IMG/VR virus record: IMGVR_UViG_3300032261_000007
Span: 1 to 55,954 of that record
Direction: 5' to 3' (one strand)
DNA: 55,954 bases
DNA from: a virus
Lineage: Duplodnaviria; Caudoviricetes
Within the stretch, counting starts at the first letter, position 1. Every line of letters begins with the position of its first letter. This document shows positions 29,216-37,790 of the stretch, piece by piece. A model generated the notes under the pieces. It was not told the DNA's origin, ran no database searches, and saw nothing but the letters and a program-made list of their open reading frames with translations. Made by a program: the position numbers and the translations under genes.

Positions 29216-30493
29216 TTACGCGGCGCGGCCCGACTCACGCGCGTCTTGAATGCGCAGAGATTTGTTCGCCGGGTCTGTGTAGACCTTGGAGAACGCTTGC
29301 TCGGGCGTGAGCTTTTCGCCCGGGTGATCTTTCAGATATTTCTGTGCCAGCGCGGCGAACTGGTCATAGGCCGTGCCGCCGCCGCCCAAGCCAGTGCCGC
29401 CGAACTCCTTGAACGCCCCGGCTTCCTTGGCCGCGGCAAAGCCGGACTTGGTCAGCGTCAACAGCTTGTCGATCGCTTCCCGGTCGCCCGCATAAGCCTT
29501 CTGCAGCGTTACGCCTTCGGCTTCCGGCAGCCCGACATCGACCGCGCGCTTGTTGAACGCGATCAGCGCCGCGGCGTCTTCCAGCTTCTTGACGCGCTCG
29601 ATCGCGTCTTTGCCGTCGGCGATCTGCTTGCGAATGCCAGCGGGCAGCGCAAGCAATGCCTTCTCTTCCTTCTCTTCGTCTTCCTCATCCTTGCGGCGAC
29701 GCGCTTTCTCCTTCTTTTCTTCTTCGTCGTCTTCCTCTTCCTCTTCCTTGTCGCCGTTGCCATTGCCGTTACGACGGCCGCGCTGCTTCTCGATCATGGC
29801 CGCGATCGCCTTGAGCGCATCTTCCTCGCTCGCGTCGTCTTGGAGACCGAGCGCTTTCAGAATTGCCGACATGGGTAACTCCTTTTTGTCGGTGGGTTGC
29901 TGCAGGGCTCGGTCGCCGAGCAGCGGTGATACGTGTTCGTGAAACTGCGTGAACGTCTTGGCCAGCATGTCCTCGCGGTCCACGTCGGCCTCGTCGTCCA
30001 TGATCGACTTCACGGATTCAGCGAGCCCGGCCAACGCCGCCTCGAAACCATCGCGGGCGTCGCGTTCCGGTTCTCGCTTGAACAGATCGGCGAAGAAGTC
30101 GGCGACACGCTCGCCAACCGGCGCGTGTTTGAAGGCATCGGACAGTTCGCCGCTCAGCCCGAGCGCTTTAGCACGCCGCCGGATATGCGCCTTGGCTTTG
30201 GCCGGGTCTTTGGCCCGCCCAATCGCCTGCATGGCGTTGTGCAGATCGGATTTGTTGTGGATCGGGAACGAGCCGTCCGGCAGTGCCGCGCCGGACGAGG
30301 CGGCGCTGCGACGCTGTTCGGCCGAGAACTCGCGCTTGAGATATTCGGCGGCCGGTTCGGCGTCACTCCAGTTTGCAAAGTTATAAAGCGGTTCCTCTTC
30401 CCGTTTCATCAGCATGATCTTGACTCCTTCGCCAGCACCGCGATCAACCGAACTGACTTCGTTGATGCGCAGCCGCCGCAAAATCTTCGGCAT
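29216..30493 (-). CDS. Scaffold protein with N-terminal protease-type strand and DUF6582-like domain
   Basis: Start moved to MPKILRRLRINEVSSVDRGA; ALPDGSFPI..DL.NA..AIGRA..HI..RA..LG domain; acidic/basic coiled-coil C-terminal half; internal AAGGAG-ATG at 29872. Confidence 0.7.
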   Translation of the reverse strand: MPKILRRLRINEVSSVDRGAGEGVKIMLMKREEEPLYNFANWSDAEPAAEYLKREFSAEQRRSAASSGAALPDGSFPIHNKSDLHNAMQAIGRAKDPAKAKAHIRRRAKALGLSGELSDAFKHAPVGERVADFFADLFKREPERDARDGFEAALAGLAESVKSIMDDEADVDREDMLAKTFTQFHEHVSPLLGDRALQQPTDKKELPMSAILKALGLQDDASEEDALKAIAAMIEKQRGRRNGNGNGDKEEEEEDDEEEKKEKARRRKDEEDEEKEEKALLALPAGIRKQIADGKDAIERVKKLEDAAALIAFNKRAVDVGLPEAEGVTLQKAYAGDREAIDKLLTLTKSGFAAAKEAGAFKEFGGTGLGGGGTAYDQFAALAQKYLKDHPGEKLTPEQAFSKVYTDPANKSLRIQDARESGRAA

Positions 30494-30494
30494 G

Positions 30495-30965
30495 TCATGG
30501 CCTCTTGCAGTGAATCCATTTGGCCGCGATCGCGGCGCGCGCGGCATCGAGCGTCATCGCCCCGCTGCAGACTTTTTTGTTGAAGGCGTTCTCGTCCACG
30601 TCCTTGACGTGCGCCGAGCACGGATCGGTCACCGCGAAAATCTGCGGCCACAGATTGTTTGGATTGGTCGGATGACCGCCAAGCTCCAGCGGGATGAAGT
30701 GGTCTTCCTCGTAATCGAGCGGGTTGCCGGTCAGTCCGAGCCCGCGCATTTGGATGCGCTTCAATGTGCTGGTGTAGTAAACCGGCGGCCGTACCGTCGC
30801 AGTCCAGCCCGGCTTGCAGATCGTGGTGGCGATGTTGGCTTGCGTGACCTTCGGATTATAGACGCCCGCCACAATCAAGTCGGTCGCCTTGCTCTTGGTG
30901 GTGGCGCACCCGCAGAACATGAGAATGCACAGCGCGCTGCCGACCAAGACCCTGATAGTTGGCAT
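30495..30965 (-). CDS. HNH-family nuclease with lipoprotein-like signal
   Basis: YEEDHFIPLELGG..NLWPQ..KD..EN; hydrophobic N-terminus ending FCGC. Confidence 0.68.
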   Translation of the reverse strand: MPTIRVLVGSALCILMFCGCATTKSKATDLIVAGVYNPKVTQANIATTICKPGWTATVRPPVYYTSTLKRIQMRGLGLTGNPLDYEEDHFIPLELGGHPTNPNNLWPQIFAVTDPCSAHVKDVDENAFNKKVCSGAMTLDAARAAIAAKWIHCKRP

Positions 30966-31104
30966 TGATCAGCGCCGCCGTGGCCAGCGCGATCGCCAGC
31001 ATGACTTCATGCTTGCTCTCGCCCCGCATGTCAGTGCAGATGCGCGCCGCAATCGTCTTGATGCGCTCGACGCGCGATTCAACATTCCATTGCTTCTCGG
31101 ACAT
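30856..31104 (-). CDS. Hypothetical protein
   Basis: 82-aa ORF overlapping the HNH start by about 110 nt. Confidence 0.4.
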   Translation of the reverse strand: MSEKQWNVESRVERIKTIAARICTDMRGESKHEVMLAIALATAALINANYQGLGRQRAVHSHVLRVRHHQEQGDRLDCGGRL

Positions 31105-31147
31105 GATTCTCGGTTAGGGAGCGCTCGCGGCGTTGACGCCCTATGCG

Positions 31148-31480
31148 TCAGCCTTCAGCGACCGTATCTCGTGCGGAGATTCTCGTCGCGTCGATGATCG
31201 AGCAGGTGGGATGCCGCTCCTTCGCTCGGGTTGCCGCCGTGAGCGCTAGCCGTTTGGCACGAGCTTGGGCGCGGCCGATCTGCGCCCGTTCACGCCAGAT
31301 TTCATAAGCTTCAGGGCTGTACCAACGCTGACCGACACGGCGCAGCCCGCGATCGGTGTTCTTCTCGCGATCAACGTAGTCGCGCAGCCATGCGACCGCC
31401 CGCCGATAGCGTAGCCAGTCGCCGGTCATGAACGCATCGACCATCTGCGCGAGCATGGCATCGCGCTGATCGAAGTGCAT
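31148..31480 (-). CDS. Hypothetical protein
   Basis: Starts 1 nt after the upstream stop. Confidence 0.5.
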   Translation of the reverse strand: MHFDQRDAMLAQMVDAFMTGDWLRYRRAVAWLRDYVDREKNTDRGLRRVGQRWYSPEAYEIWRERAQIGRAQARAKRLALTAATRAKERHPTCSIIDATRISARDTVAEG

Positions 31481-31481
31481 G

Positions 31482-31709
31482 TCAGCCCCAAATGATCGGC
31501 TGACAACGTCGCAGTTCGCATTCGATCTCGGTCTTCGACTGCTTGATCGGCTTCGGCCGCGGTTCAGCCGCCGCCGATAGCGTGCGCCAGCCCAAATCGG
31601 TCAGCACCCAAGCGCCATTGATATTCTCGACATAACCGTCACGCTGTAGCTGGAAGATGCGCGCGATCTGGCTTTCGTGAACTGGTCGCGGTGCGGGCGG
31701 TGTGAACAT
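31482..31709 (-). CDS. Small winged-helix-like protein
   Basis: LQRDGYVE..WVLTDLGW pattern. Confidence 0.5.
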   Translation of the reverse strand: MFTPPAPRPVHESQIARIFQLQRDGYVENINGAWVLTDLGWRTLSAAAEPRPKPIKQSKTEIECELRRCQPIIWG

Positions 31710-31788
31710 CGGCAGCCCCTTCGCGTATGAGTTGCAAGTTGCAAAACCGCAATCAAATCACCATGTTCAAGATGTGGAGTACCTAAAA

Positions 31789-31995
31789 ATGCCCGTCATC
31801 AAATACGGCAGCTATGACGGCTATGCCGTGCGGTTCACCCGCTATGAAGCGTGGATATTGGCCGACGGCCACTGGCAAAAGACCGGCGTGGCGCAAGTGC
31901 TGCACGAGGCGGCGCTGCTGACCAAAGAACAATTCCACCGCGTCTACGGGGCCTTGCCGCCGATGCCGAGTGCCGCTTTCCAGTCGCCCGAATAG
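31789..31995 (+). CDS. Small antisense-strand protein, candidate immunity/antitoxin for MuF-SAS
   Basis: GGAG at 31776-31779, ATG 31789; possible promoter GTTGCA-N17-CCATGT (31738-31766); overlaps the MuF 3' end by 52 nt. Confidence 0.6.
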   Translation: MPVIKYGSYDGYAVRFTRYEAWILADGHWQKTGVAQVLHEAALLTKEQFHRVYGALPPMPSAAFQSPE

Positions 31996-33377
31996 CTATC
32001 GAGCACCCGCTTATAAATCTCTTCACTCTTGGCGATCGCGGCATCATAAGCTTCGGGATCGGGATGCGGCCCATCCGGCGCGGTGTCCTGCATGATCTTG
32101 TACTGGACATGCCCGCCGCCCGGTCCCTTGGCATCCAGCATCTTCTGATCCATGAACTGCACTTCGCCGATCAGCCCATCCGGCATCCGCACGTTGATGG
32201 CACGATCGGCATAGTTCAGATCGGTCAGCTTCCACGGCTCGGTCACGATCTCGTAGCGCTGCGCTAGCCGCTCGATCGCCTCGTCGGCCTGCTCCGGTCG
32301 ATCGATCACGAAGGTCATGCGCACCACGTCGGTGACTTGCGCGACCTGACCGCCGCGGGCCGGGTCTTCTGCCTTCTCGATGACGCGGTTAATGCCCTTC
32401 TGCGTCCCGACCTTCGAGCCGTTTTCCTTCAGCTTGATGTCAAGGTCTTTGGCGATCTGACGGCCAGCCGCCACCAGACGCGCCTGATCGTCCGGTGCGG
32501 CGGCCACCACGTCGCCGATTGTTTGCAGCGGCGAGCGGTTGGCCCAATCCTTGATGACGCCCTTGCGCGCCTTGAAAGCGTCGCGCGGGTCGGCGTTTTC
32601 AGGAAGCTCTGGCGTGTAATCGTCGGGCTCGTAACCGGCGACTCGTTCTTCACGCGGTGTCGGTTCGTATTCGTCGGAGATGACAAGCTCGACTTCGCAC
32701 ATGCAATTGGGATGCAGCGGCGGACCGTCGCCCGCATCGCCAAAATCTTCGTCGATGTCCTTCACCCCTTCCGCTTCAGCAGCCTGACATAGCGGGCAGG
32801 GATCGCCGTCGGTCGTCCACGTCTTCTTGACCGGCACGCCGCGCTCGTTGGCCAACCGGCCCATCTCCAGCGTGGCGTCATTCTGCGCGAAGCTGATCTC
32901 GGTCCGCGCGATCATCTCGGCACGATAGTCGGAAAACACGCCGGTATCCGTCAGCTTGTCGGCAAGCTGATCCATATCCCAATGCAGCGCCACCGCATCG
33001 GTGACCAATTGGTTGACGACGTCCCGGGTCTTGTCGCTGATCGCCCACTTGGCATCCGGGTTATCGACCAGTTCGCCGTTCTCGTTGACCGTCTTGCCGA
33101 CCAGATTCGCGCCGCGTTCCTTGGCAAAATCGGTGGCGAAGGTGTGCAGCCGGTTGGCCACGTCGGTCGCCGTGACCGCGCCTTCCGGCAGTTCGTGCAC
33201 CGGGTTGTTTAGCTCGATGCCGTTGAAGGCATACATTCCCGCGCCTTCCGACGCGGCCGCCATCGAGCGCTGCGCCTCGCGGACGAAGTCGTCGATGCCC
33301 GGACCGTTGAGCACGCCGTCTTCGATGTCTTCGTCTTCGGCCTTGCGGACCAGCGCCGCAGCCATACGATTGGCCAT
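31944..33377 (-). CDS. MuF/head morphogenesis protein fused to a RelA/SpoT-like nucleotidyltransferase domain
   Basis: MuF: RAEMIARTE..KKTW..CPLC..PPLHPNCMC. C-terminal: RVIEK..DVVR..NYAD..N..G..EVQ..AK..GH..Y. Confidence 0.8.
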   Translation of the reverse strand: MANRMAAALVRKAEDEDIEDGVLNGPGIDDFVREAQRSMAAASEGAGMYAFNGIELNNPVHELPEGAVTATDVANRLHTFATDFAKERGANLVGKTVNENGELVDNPDAKWAISDKTRDVVNQLVTDAVALHWDMDQLADKLTDTGVFSDYRAEMIARTEISFAQNDATLEMGRLANERGVPVKKTWTTDGDPCPLCQAAEAEGVKDIDEDFGDAGDGPPLHPNCMCEVELVISDEYEPTPREERVAGYEPDDYTPELPENADPRDAFKARKGVIKDWANRSPLQTIGDVVAAAPDDQARLVAAGRQIAKDLDIKLKENGSKVGTQKGINRVIEKAEDPARGGQVAQVTDVVRMTFVIDRPEQADEAIERLAQRYEIVTEPWKLTDLNYADRAINVRMPDGLIGEVQFMDQKMLDAKGPGGGHVQYKIMQDTAPDGPHPDPEAYDAAIAKSEEIYKRVLDSYSGDWKAALGIGGKAP

Positions 33378-33444
33378 GATGTGCAGAAAGCGTTGCTTCT
33401 GCCACGCGAACAGTCGCTGTATCCGGTGATACAGCCGCGCCGCG

Positions 33445-34239
33445 TTAGTATGATCGAAAGGGCGCGCGCCCGAGCCGCCTGCCCCGGGCCTTTTCCACGT
33501 CCAAATTTAACGGCGAGTCGTCATCGCTGCTCTCAAAGGGCACCGACGACCCGCCGATCGAAAACTCCGGTAGGATGCCGCGCTTGTGGGCCGCCCAAAG
33601 CTCCGGGTCTTCAATCTGGTAGCCGACGATCCAGCCGATCTGATCATCCTTTTGGGTTAGCCCGAATGCCTTCATAAAATCAGGAGTAGTCAAAAAGGAC
33701 ATCACCAAACGGCCGGTGCCTTTGATATGGTGCATCACGCCGTGCTCGCGGGCATAGAGCATGTATTCCAGCACCGCGTTTTCCAGTTCCTTGACCGGGA
33801 TAATGTCGCCCTGCTTGTCGATGATGTATTTGCCGTCCTTGGCGACCACACTGGCCCAACCAAAGATCATCTGCCGTTCCGGTTCGGCCTTGGCGATGTC
33901 CAGCGTCAGCGACCAGCGCTTCTCGGCACCGATGTCGGATTCGCTGGTATCGTCGCCCGGCTTCTTCGATCGCGCGGCCGCAGCTTCGATCGCCATCTGG
34001 CGCTGACGGCGACGGCGCGCATGCTGATTGCCGAGTGCAGTCTGTGCATGCACGTCGCCGCCGCCGGGCTGCTGCTTGACCGTTTCACAAAATAGCTTGG
34101 CGGTCCCGCCGCGATGTTGTCGCCAGATGCCGTAACACTCGCCGAGCGCAGCTTGCTGTTCCTTGCCTTCGCCCATGACCTGCTTGACGCAGCGGCCGAC
34201 GAAGCTGCTTTGCGACTCGCCGCTGCTTGGTGTCGGCAT
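33445..34239 (-). CDS. XkdF-like prohead serine protease
   Basis: IFGWASV..DKQGDII..ELENA..GVMH..FSIGG; N-terminal MPTP..ESQSSFVGRC..QA...CY..W domain. Confidence 0.8.
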   Translation of the reverse strand: MPTPSSGESQSSFVGRCVKQVMGEGKEQQAALGECYGIWRQHRGGTAKLFCETVKQQPGGGDVHAQTALGNQHARRRRQRQMAIEAAAARSKKPGDDTSESDIGAEKRWSLTLDIAKAEPERQMIFGWASVVAKDGKYIIDKQGDIIPVKELENAVLEYMLYAREHGVMHHIKGTGRLVMSFLTTPDFMKAFGLTQKDDQIGWIVGYQIEDPELWAAHKRGILPEFSIGGSSVPFESSDDDSPLNLDVEKARGRRLGRAPFRSY

Positions 34240-34401
34240 TACAATGACCTTGTCTCACGGTCCAAACTGACCGTGGTAAAGTGGGATTCAACAGCGATGT
34301 TGGGCAGCGGTGCTTGCCACGGCCTTGAGGGCTACCGACGGCGCGGTCTAGTTCTCAAGGTGTCGCCGACCAGCGAGCTATCCCGGGACCGTGAGACGCC
34401 A

Positions 34402-34629
34402 TCAGGCATCCTCAAACTTTTTGAACGGCGTGAACGTGATGTTCTCGTCGGTCTTGCCGCGGTATTCGCCGCACCAGCCATCTTCGGTGACCGGCGGCCA
34501 GCCGCCCTGCGTGATCAAGCCTTGCGGCGTCGGAATCAAATGCATGGTCGGCGCATGCGCACGGCACGCGCCCTGCTTCGGCTGCAGCCGTTCACGCACG
34601 AAAAACCTGCACGATTTACAGCTTTCCAT
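34402..34629 (-). CDS. Small Cys-rich protein
   Basis: CKSCRFF..G.CR..AP..WP....WCGE pattern. Confidence 0.62.
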   Translation of the reverse strand: MESCKSCRFFVRERLQPKQGACRAHAPTMHLIPTPQGLITQGGWPPVTEDGWCGEYRGKTDENITFTPFKKFEDA

Positions 34630-34630
34630 T

Positions 34631-34897
34631 TTACGTGATGCTAATGGGAGTTACCGCGGCTGCGGCTGCGTTCGCCGCCTGCGATCGCTGCCAGCCGCCG
34701 ATCGCATAGACCTGATCGGCAAACAACTGCGTGACCCAACCGGCCAGCAACTGCGTATTGGTCATCCCGGGAACCGACGACGGCAACGTCGCCACATAGT
34801 TCAACACCGTCTGCAAATCGGTATCGCTGATCGTCTTGTTCACTTGCACATTGGGCGCAAGACTCGACCCGCTCAGCGAAAGAGTAATCGTCGCCAT
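34631..34897 (-). CDS. Hypothetical protein
   Basis: 88 aa, coupled to 34402..34629. Confidence 0.55.
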   Translation of the reverse strand: MATITLSLSGSSLAPNVQVNKTISDTDLQTVLNYVATLPSSVPGMTNTQLLAGWVTQLFADQVYAIGGWQRSQAANAAAAAVTPISIT

Positions 34898-34988
34898 TAT
34901 TTAATCTCGCTTCGATGTGACCGACGTCACAGTATACCGCGCTTAGGCATGACAGCGTTCGCGCCGTTGAAACGGTGAGGAGCCGGTC

Positions 34989-35171
34989 ATGTCCAAATCT
35001 GTTGTCGCGGCAGCGATCGCTTGTGCGATTGGTGTTGCCGTCACATTAGCCGCCACCAAGACGCACGAGTTCGTGCGGCCGATCGTCGTGCCTGCGGTCG
35101 ATGAATCGCCGCTGCACGTTCACTTGCAAGGCAACCCGCACGGCGTTAGCCAGGATGCACCGCAGCCGTAG
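34989..35171 (+). CDS. Small secreted/membrane protein on the opposite strand (moron-like)
   Basis: SD GAGGAG; hydrophobic N-terminus VVAAAIACAIGVAVTLAA. Confidence 0.55.
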   Translation: MSKSVVAAAIACAIGVAVTLAATKTHEFVRPIVVPAVDESPLHVHLQGNPHGVSQDAPQP

Positions 35172-35317
35172 TTATCCACAACTTTGCATCTTGTGGATTA
35201 CGCCGCGGTGTGCATAACTGCGTGCGCTCGGTGAGCCTCGTAAAGCAAATGTTGGGCAATAGCCGCAGCCCGGTCGTGGTGTCCATACGCTGTTAAACCG
35301 GCGGGTTTTTATCCACG
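35172..35317. promoter_or_regulatory. DnaA-box cluster
   Basis: TTATCCACA 35172-35180, TGTGGATTA 35192-35200, TGTGCATAA 35209-35217, TTATCCACG 35309-35317. Confidence 0.55.
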
Positions 35318-35381
35318 AGGGTCGCGACGGAGTTCACCGGGCACCTTTCTCATGTTCCCAAGCATCATGACTGGCTTAGCC

Positions 35382-35415
35382 AAGGACCGGATTTGCCCCC
35401 GGTCCTTTCTCTTTT
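35382..35415 (+). terminator. Intrinsic terminator
   Basis: AAGGACCGG-loop-CCGGTCCTT followed by TCTCTTTT. Confidence 0.6.
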
Positions 35416-35520
35416 ATGGATGATCGTTAAGCCACAGCCACAGCCGCCAGCACGTCGCCATGAAAGTCAGCGCAATAATCCAGTCGGCGATCACTTTGGC
35501 CAGCAATAGCGCGTCAGTGT

Positions 35521-36063
35521 TCACCACTTGAACGGTTCGCCATTGATGGTGAAGCCTTCGCGGCCCGGTGCCATGTGCCGTTGCTGGCCAAGAAACTGCG
35601 ACTTGGCAGTCAACTGCTCGCGATCCAGCGCTTCAATCTCCTTCGGATCGGCGCGTTTTACCAATGGCGGGCGGTACAAATCGACAACGGGCGGCGGAAT
35701 TGGTGCCATTCCACGCAACTGGCGCAATCTGTTGTGGGTCTCGCGGAACGTCGGGCTAAGCTTAGCCCAATTCGCCTCTTCGTAGGTCGCACCGTAACGC
35801 TCGGTCTCGACCTTCATCCGCTCGACGACGGGCGGCCGGTCGCGACGGACGACTTCGACGAGGCCGGAATAGGCTTCCTTGCCAGCCTGCTCGCCATCAT
35901 CTTCGCCGCCAGTTTGCGTCGCCGCCAACCCGTCTTGGACGCCCGGCTGAAGCGAAGCCGTTGTTCGATCGGTACTTTGGCTCGATGTTTCATATGAAGC
36001 ATTCTGAGCCGCTAGCCGCTCACGCTCAAGTCGCCGCCGTTCTTTCCGTGCCTTGCTTGCCAT
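35521..36063 (-). CDS. Hypothetical protein
   Basis: 180 aa, overlaps the portal 3' end. Confidence 0.5.
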   Translation of the reverse strand: MASKARKERRRLERERLAAQNASYETSSQSTDRTTASLQPGVQDGLAATQTGGEDDGEQAGKEAYSGLVEVVRRDRPPVVERMKVETERYGATYEEANWAKLSPTFRETHNRLRQLRGMAPIPPPVVDLYRPPLVKRADPKEIEALDREQLTAKSQFLGQQRHMAPGREGFTINGEPFKW

Positions 36064-37591
36064 GGCGTCGATCCAGTACCTGCTTGGCCGCCGCGCCCAT
36101 CAGCATCTTGATCAGCCCGGCCTGCGTGATCTGCTGCTGCTGAACTTGCGGCGATGCGCCTTCGTCATCCAATTCGGGGAAGCCCGCGGCGTCACGCACG
36201 TAGGCTTCTAATTCATCGTTCGGGAACAGCGGCATCCCGGCTTTGGCGATGTTCGCAATGAACGCGCCCAAGCTGTCGAGATCGAGCCGCTGCGGCATAT
36301 CGGGAATAAACCGCGGCACCATGGCTTGCGGCATGCCGTTCATCTTGAACAGCCGCGGCAGGGCGAACCGATTGAGCACTTGCGCCGCGGCGTTGAGCCA
36401 GCCCTCGATCGCGGCGTAGAACATATCGACCCGGGTCATCGCCAAGTTATTGGTGCCGCGGACTTCGTGGCCGAGCTTGATGAAATCGGCCAATAGCGTC
36501 ATCAGCATCTGCACCGAATGCCGCTCGATGGTCTTGTCGGGATCAACGGTCTGCCGACCGTGCTGCGGCGTCACCAGTTGGAAATCGTACATCCGCAGGT
36601 TGGTCGGCTTGCCTTCCTCGTCGCGGTAGGGATCGCTTGGCAACAGCGCGCCCATCTGCTCGTCAATACGGACCCGCGAGATCGCCTGCTTGTACATGGT
36701 GAAGGCGCGCTGCGCCGCGGCCACGTCGGGATCGGCGCTATTGGTCGAAGCCGCCTTGTCGATCAGATCGGACGGCACATAGAGCACCGGGAAGCCGCCC
36801 ATGCGCTCGAACAAGATCGATTCCAATTCTTCCAGCCGCTTGACGAAGTAATAGTCGCGATAGGCATTGCGCAGCACACTGCGCCCTTCCGGGTTGTTCT
36901 TGTGGCTGGTCGGCCGGAATAGCAGCAGCTTCTCGATCGGAATGTCGATCAGCGTGCCCACCCATGGCTGTTGCGTCACGCCAGTGATCTGACCGTTGTC
37001 ATCGAGAAACCACTTGATCACGGTCTCTTGGCCGCGGATCGGCAAGCGCCGCCAGCCGATCAGTCCGTCATTGTATTTCGACGTCGGCAGATTCTCGGGC
37101 TCGTTGACCGGCAATTCCTCTTCGGCGATTTGCTGTTCTTTCGGCTCCGGGCCAAGCCGCCGCTTATAGACGATCTCGTGCAGCGAATAGCCATAAGGCA
37201 GCATCGACAGCATCTCGACGACGAAGTCGTCCCACGTGTGGGTCATGTCGTCGCGTAGCGAGTCGGCGAACGCCGCAAACTTGTCGGCCTGCGCATTGTT
37301 GTCGATCGCCGGATCGACCCGCCACGTCACCTTGCGCATCGCTTGCTGGATCGTGAAGATCATCGCGCCGATGATCGACGAGTTATCCATCATCTCGCGA
37401 TAGGTCCGCGCCGCCTCGCGGCCGACCAGTTCACGCAGAAACTCTTCCCGTATCCAGCCGCCGTATTGGCGTAAGCCATACGAGCCATAATCCGAGAAGT
37501 TCAGCCCGTAGCTAAGCTCGGGCGCGCGCCAGCCAAGCGACGAATCTGACAGTGCCGACGGCGTGCGGCGGATCGGTGTGGCGTCAGCCAT
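36026..37591 (-). CDS. Portal protein (DUF935-like)
   Basis: 521 aa; YREM, MLPYGYS.HEIVYK, NPEGRSVLRNAYR and LNR..LPRL motifs. Confidence 0.88.
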   Translation of the reverse strand: MADATPIRRTPSALSDSSLGWRAPELSYGLNFSDYGSYGLRQYGGWIREEFLRELVGREAARTYREMMDNSSIIGAMIFTIQQAMRKVTWRVDPAIDNNAQADKFAAFADSLRDDMTHTWDDFVVEMLSMLPYGYSLHEIVYKRRLGPEPKEQQIAEEELPVNEPENLPTSKYNDGLIGWRRLPIRGQETVIKWFLDDNGQITGVTQQPWVGTLIDIPIEKLLLFRPTSHKNNPEGRSVLRNAYRDYYFVKRLEELESILFERMGGFPVLYVPSDLIDKAASTNSADPDVAAAQRAFTMYKQAISRVRIDEQMGALLPSDPYRDEEGKPTNLRMYDFQLVTPQHGRQTVDPDKTIERHSVQMLMTLLADFIKLGHEVRGTNNLAMTRVDMFYAAIEGWLNAAAQVLNRFALPRLFKMNGMPQAMVPRFIPDMPQRLDLDSLGAFIANIAKAGMPLFPNDELEAYVRDAAGFPELDDEGASPQVQQQQITQAGLIKMLMGAAAKQVLDRRHGKQGTERTAAT

Positions 37592-37790
37592 GCGAGCGCG
37601 TCAGATTCTTGAGGATGATGCCGCACACCGCGCAGACATCGCCGTGCCAGCCGATGGTCTGCTGATAGATTGCATTCGGGCGGCCGTTCTCGCGGCGATG
37701 CGAGCAGCGCTTGTATTGATACTGATACGGCGTCTTGTTGTACCGCACATAAGGCGACTTACCACCTTGCTGCGATGGTGTGCGCATCAA
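37584..37790 (-). CDS. Small Zn-binding hypothetical protein
   Basis: CSH...CAVC; overlaps both neighbours. Confidence 0.4.
   Translation of the reverse strand: MMRTPSQQGGKSPYVRYNKTPYQYQYKRCSHRRENGRPNAIYQQTIGWHGDVCAVCGIILKNLTRSHG

Noticed and set aside
33535-33540. Earlier CCC_TTT in the protease as the frameshift site
   Set aside because: Followed by GAG rather than CGN, and its +1 frame reaches TAA within about ten codons.
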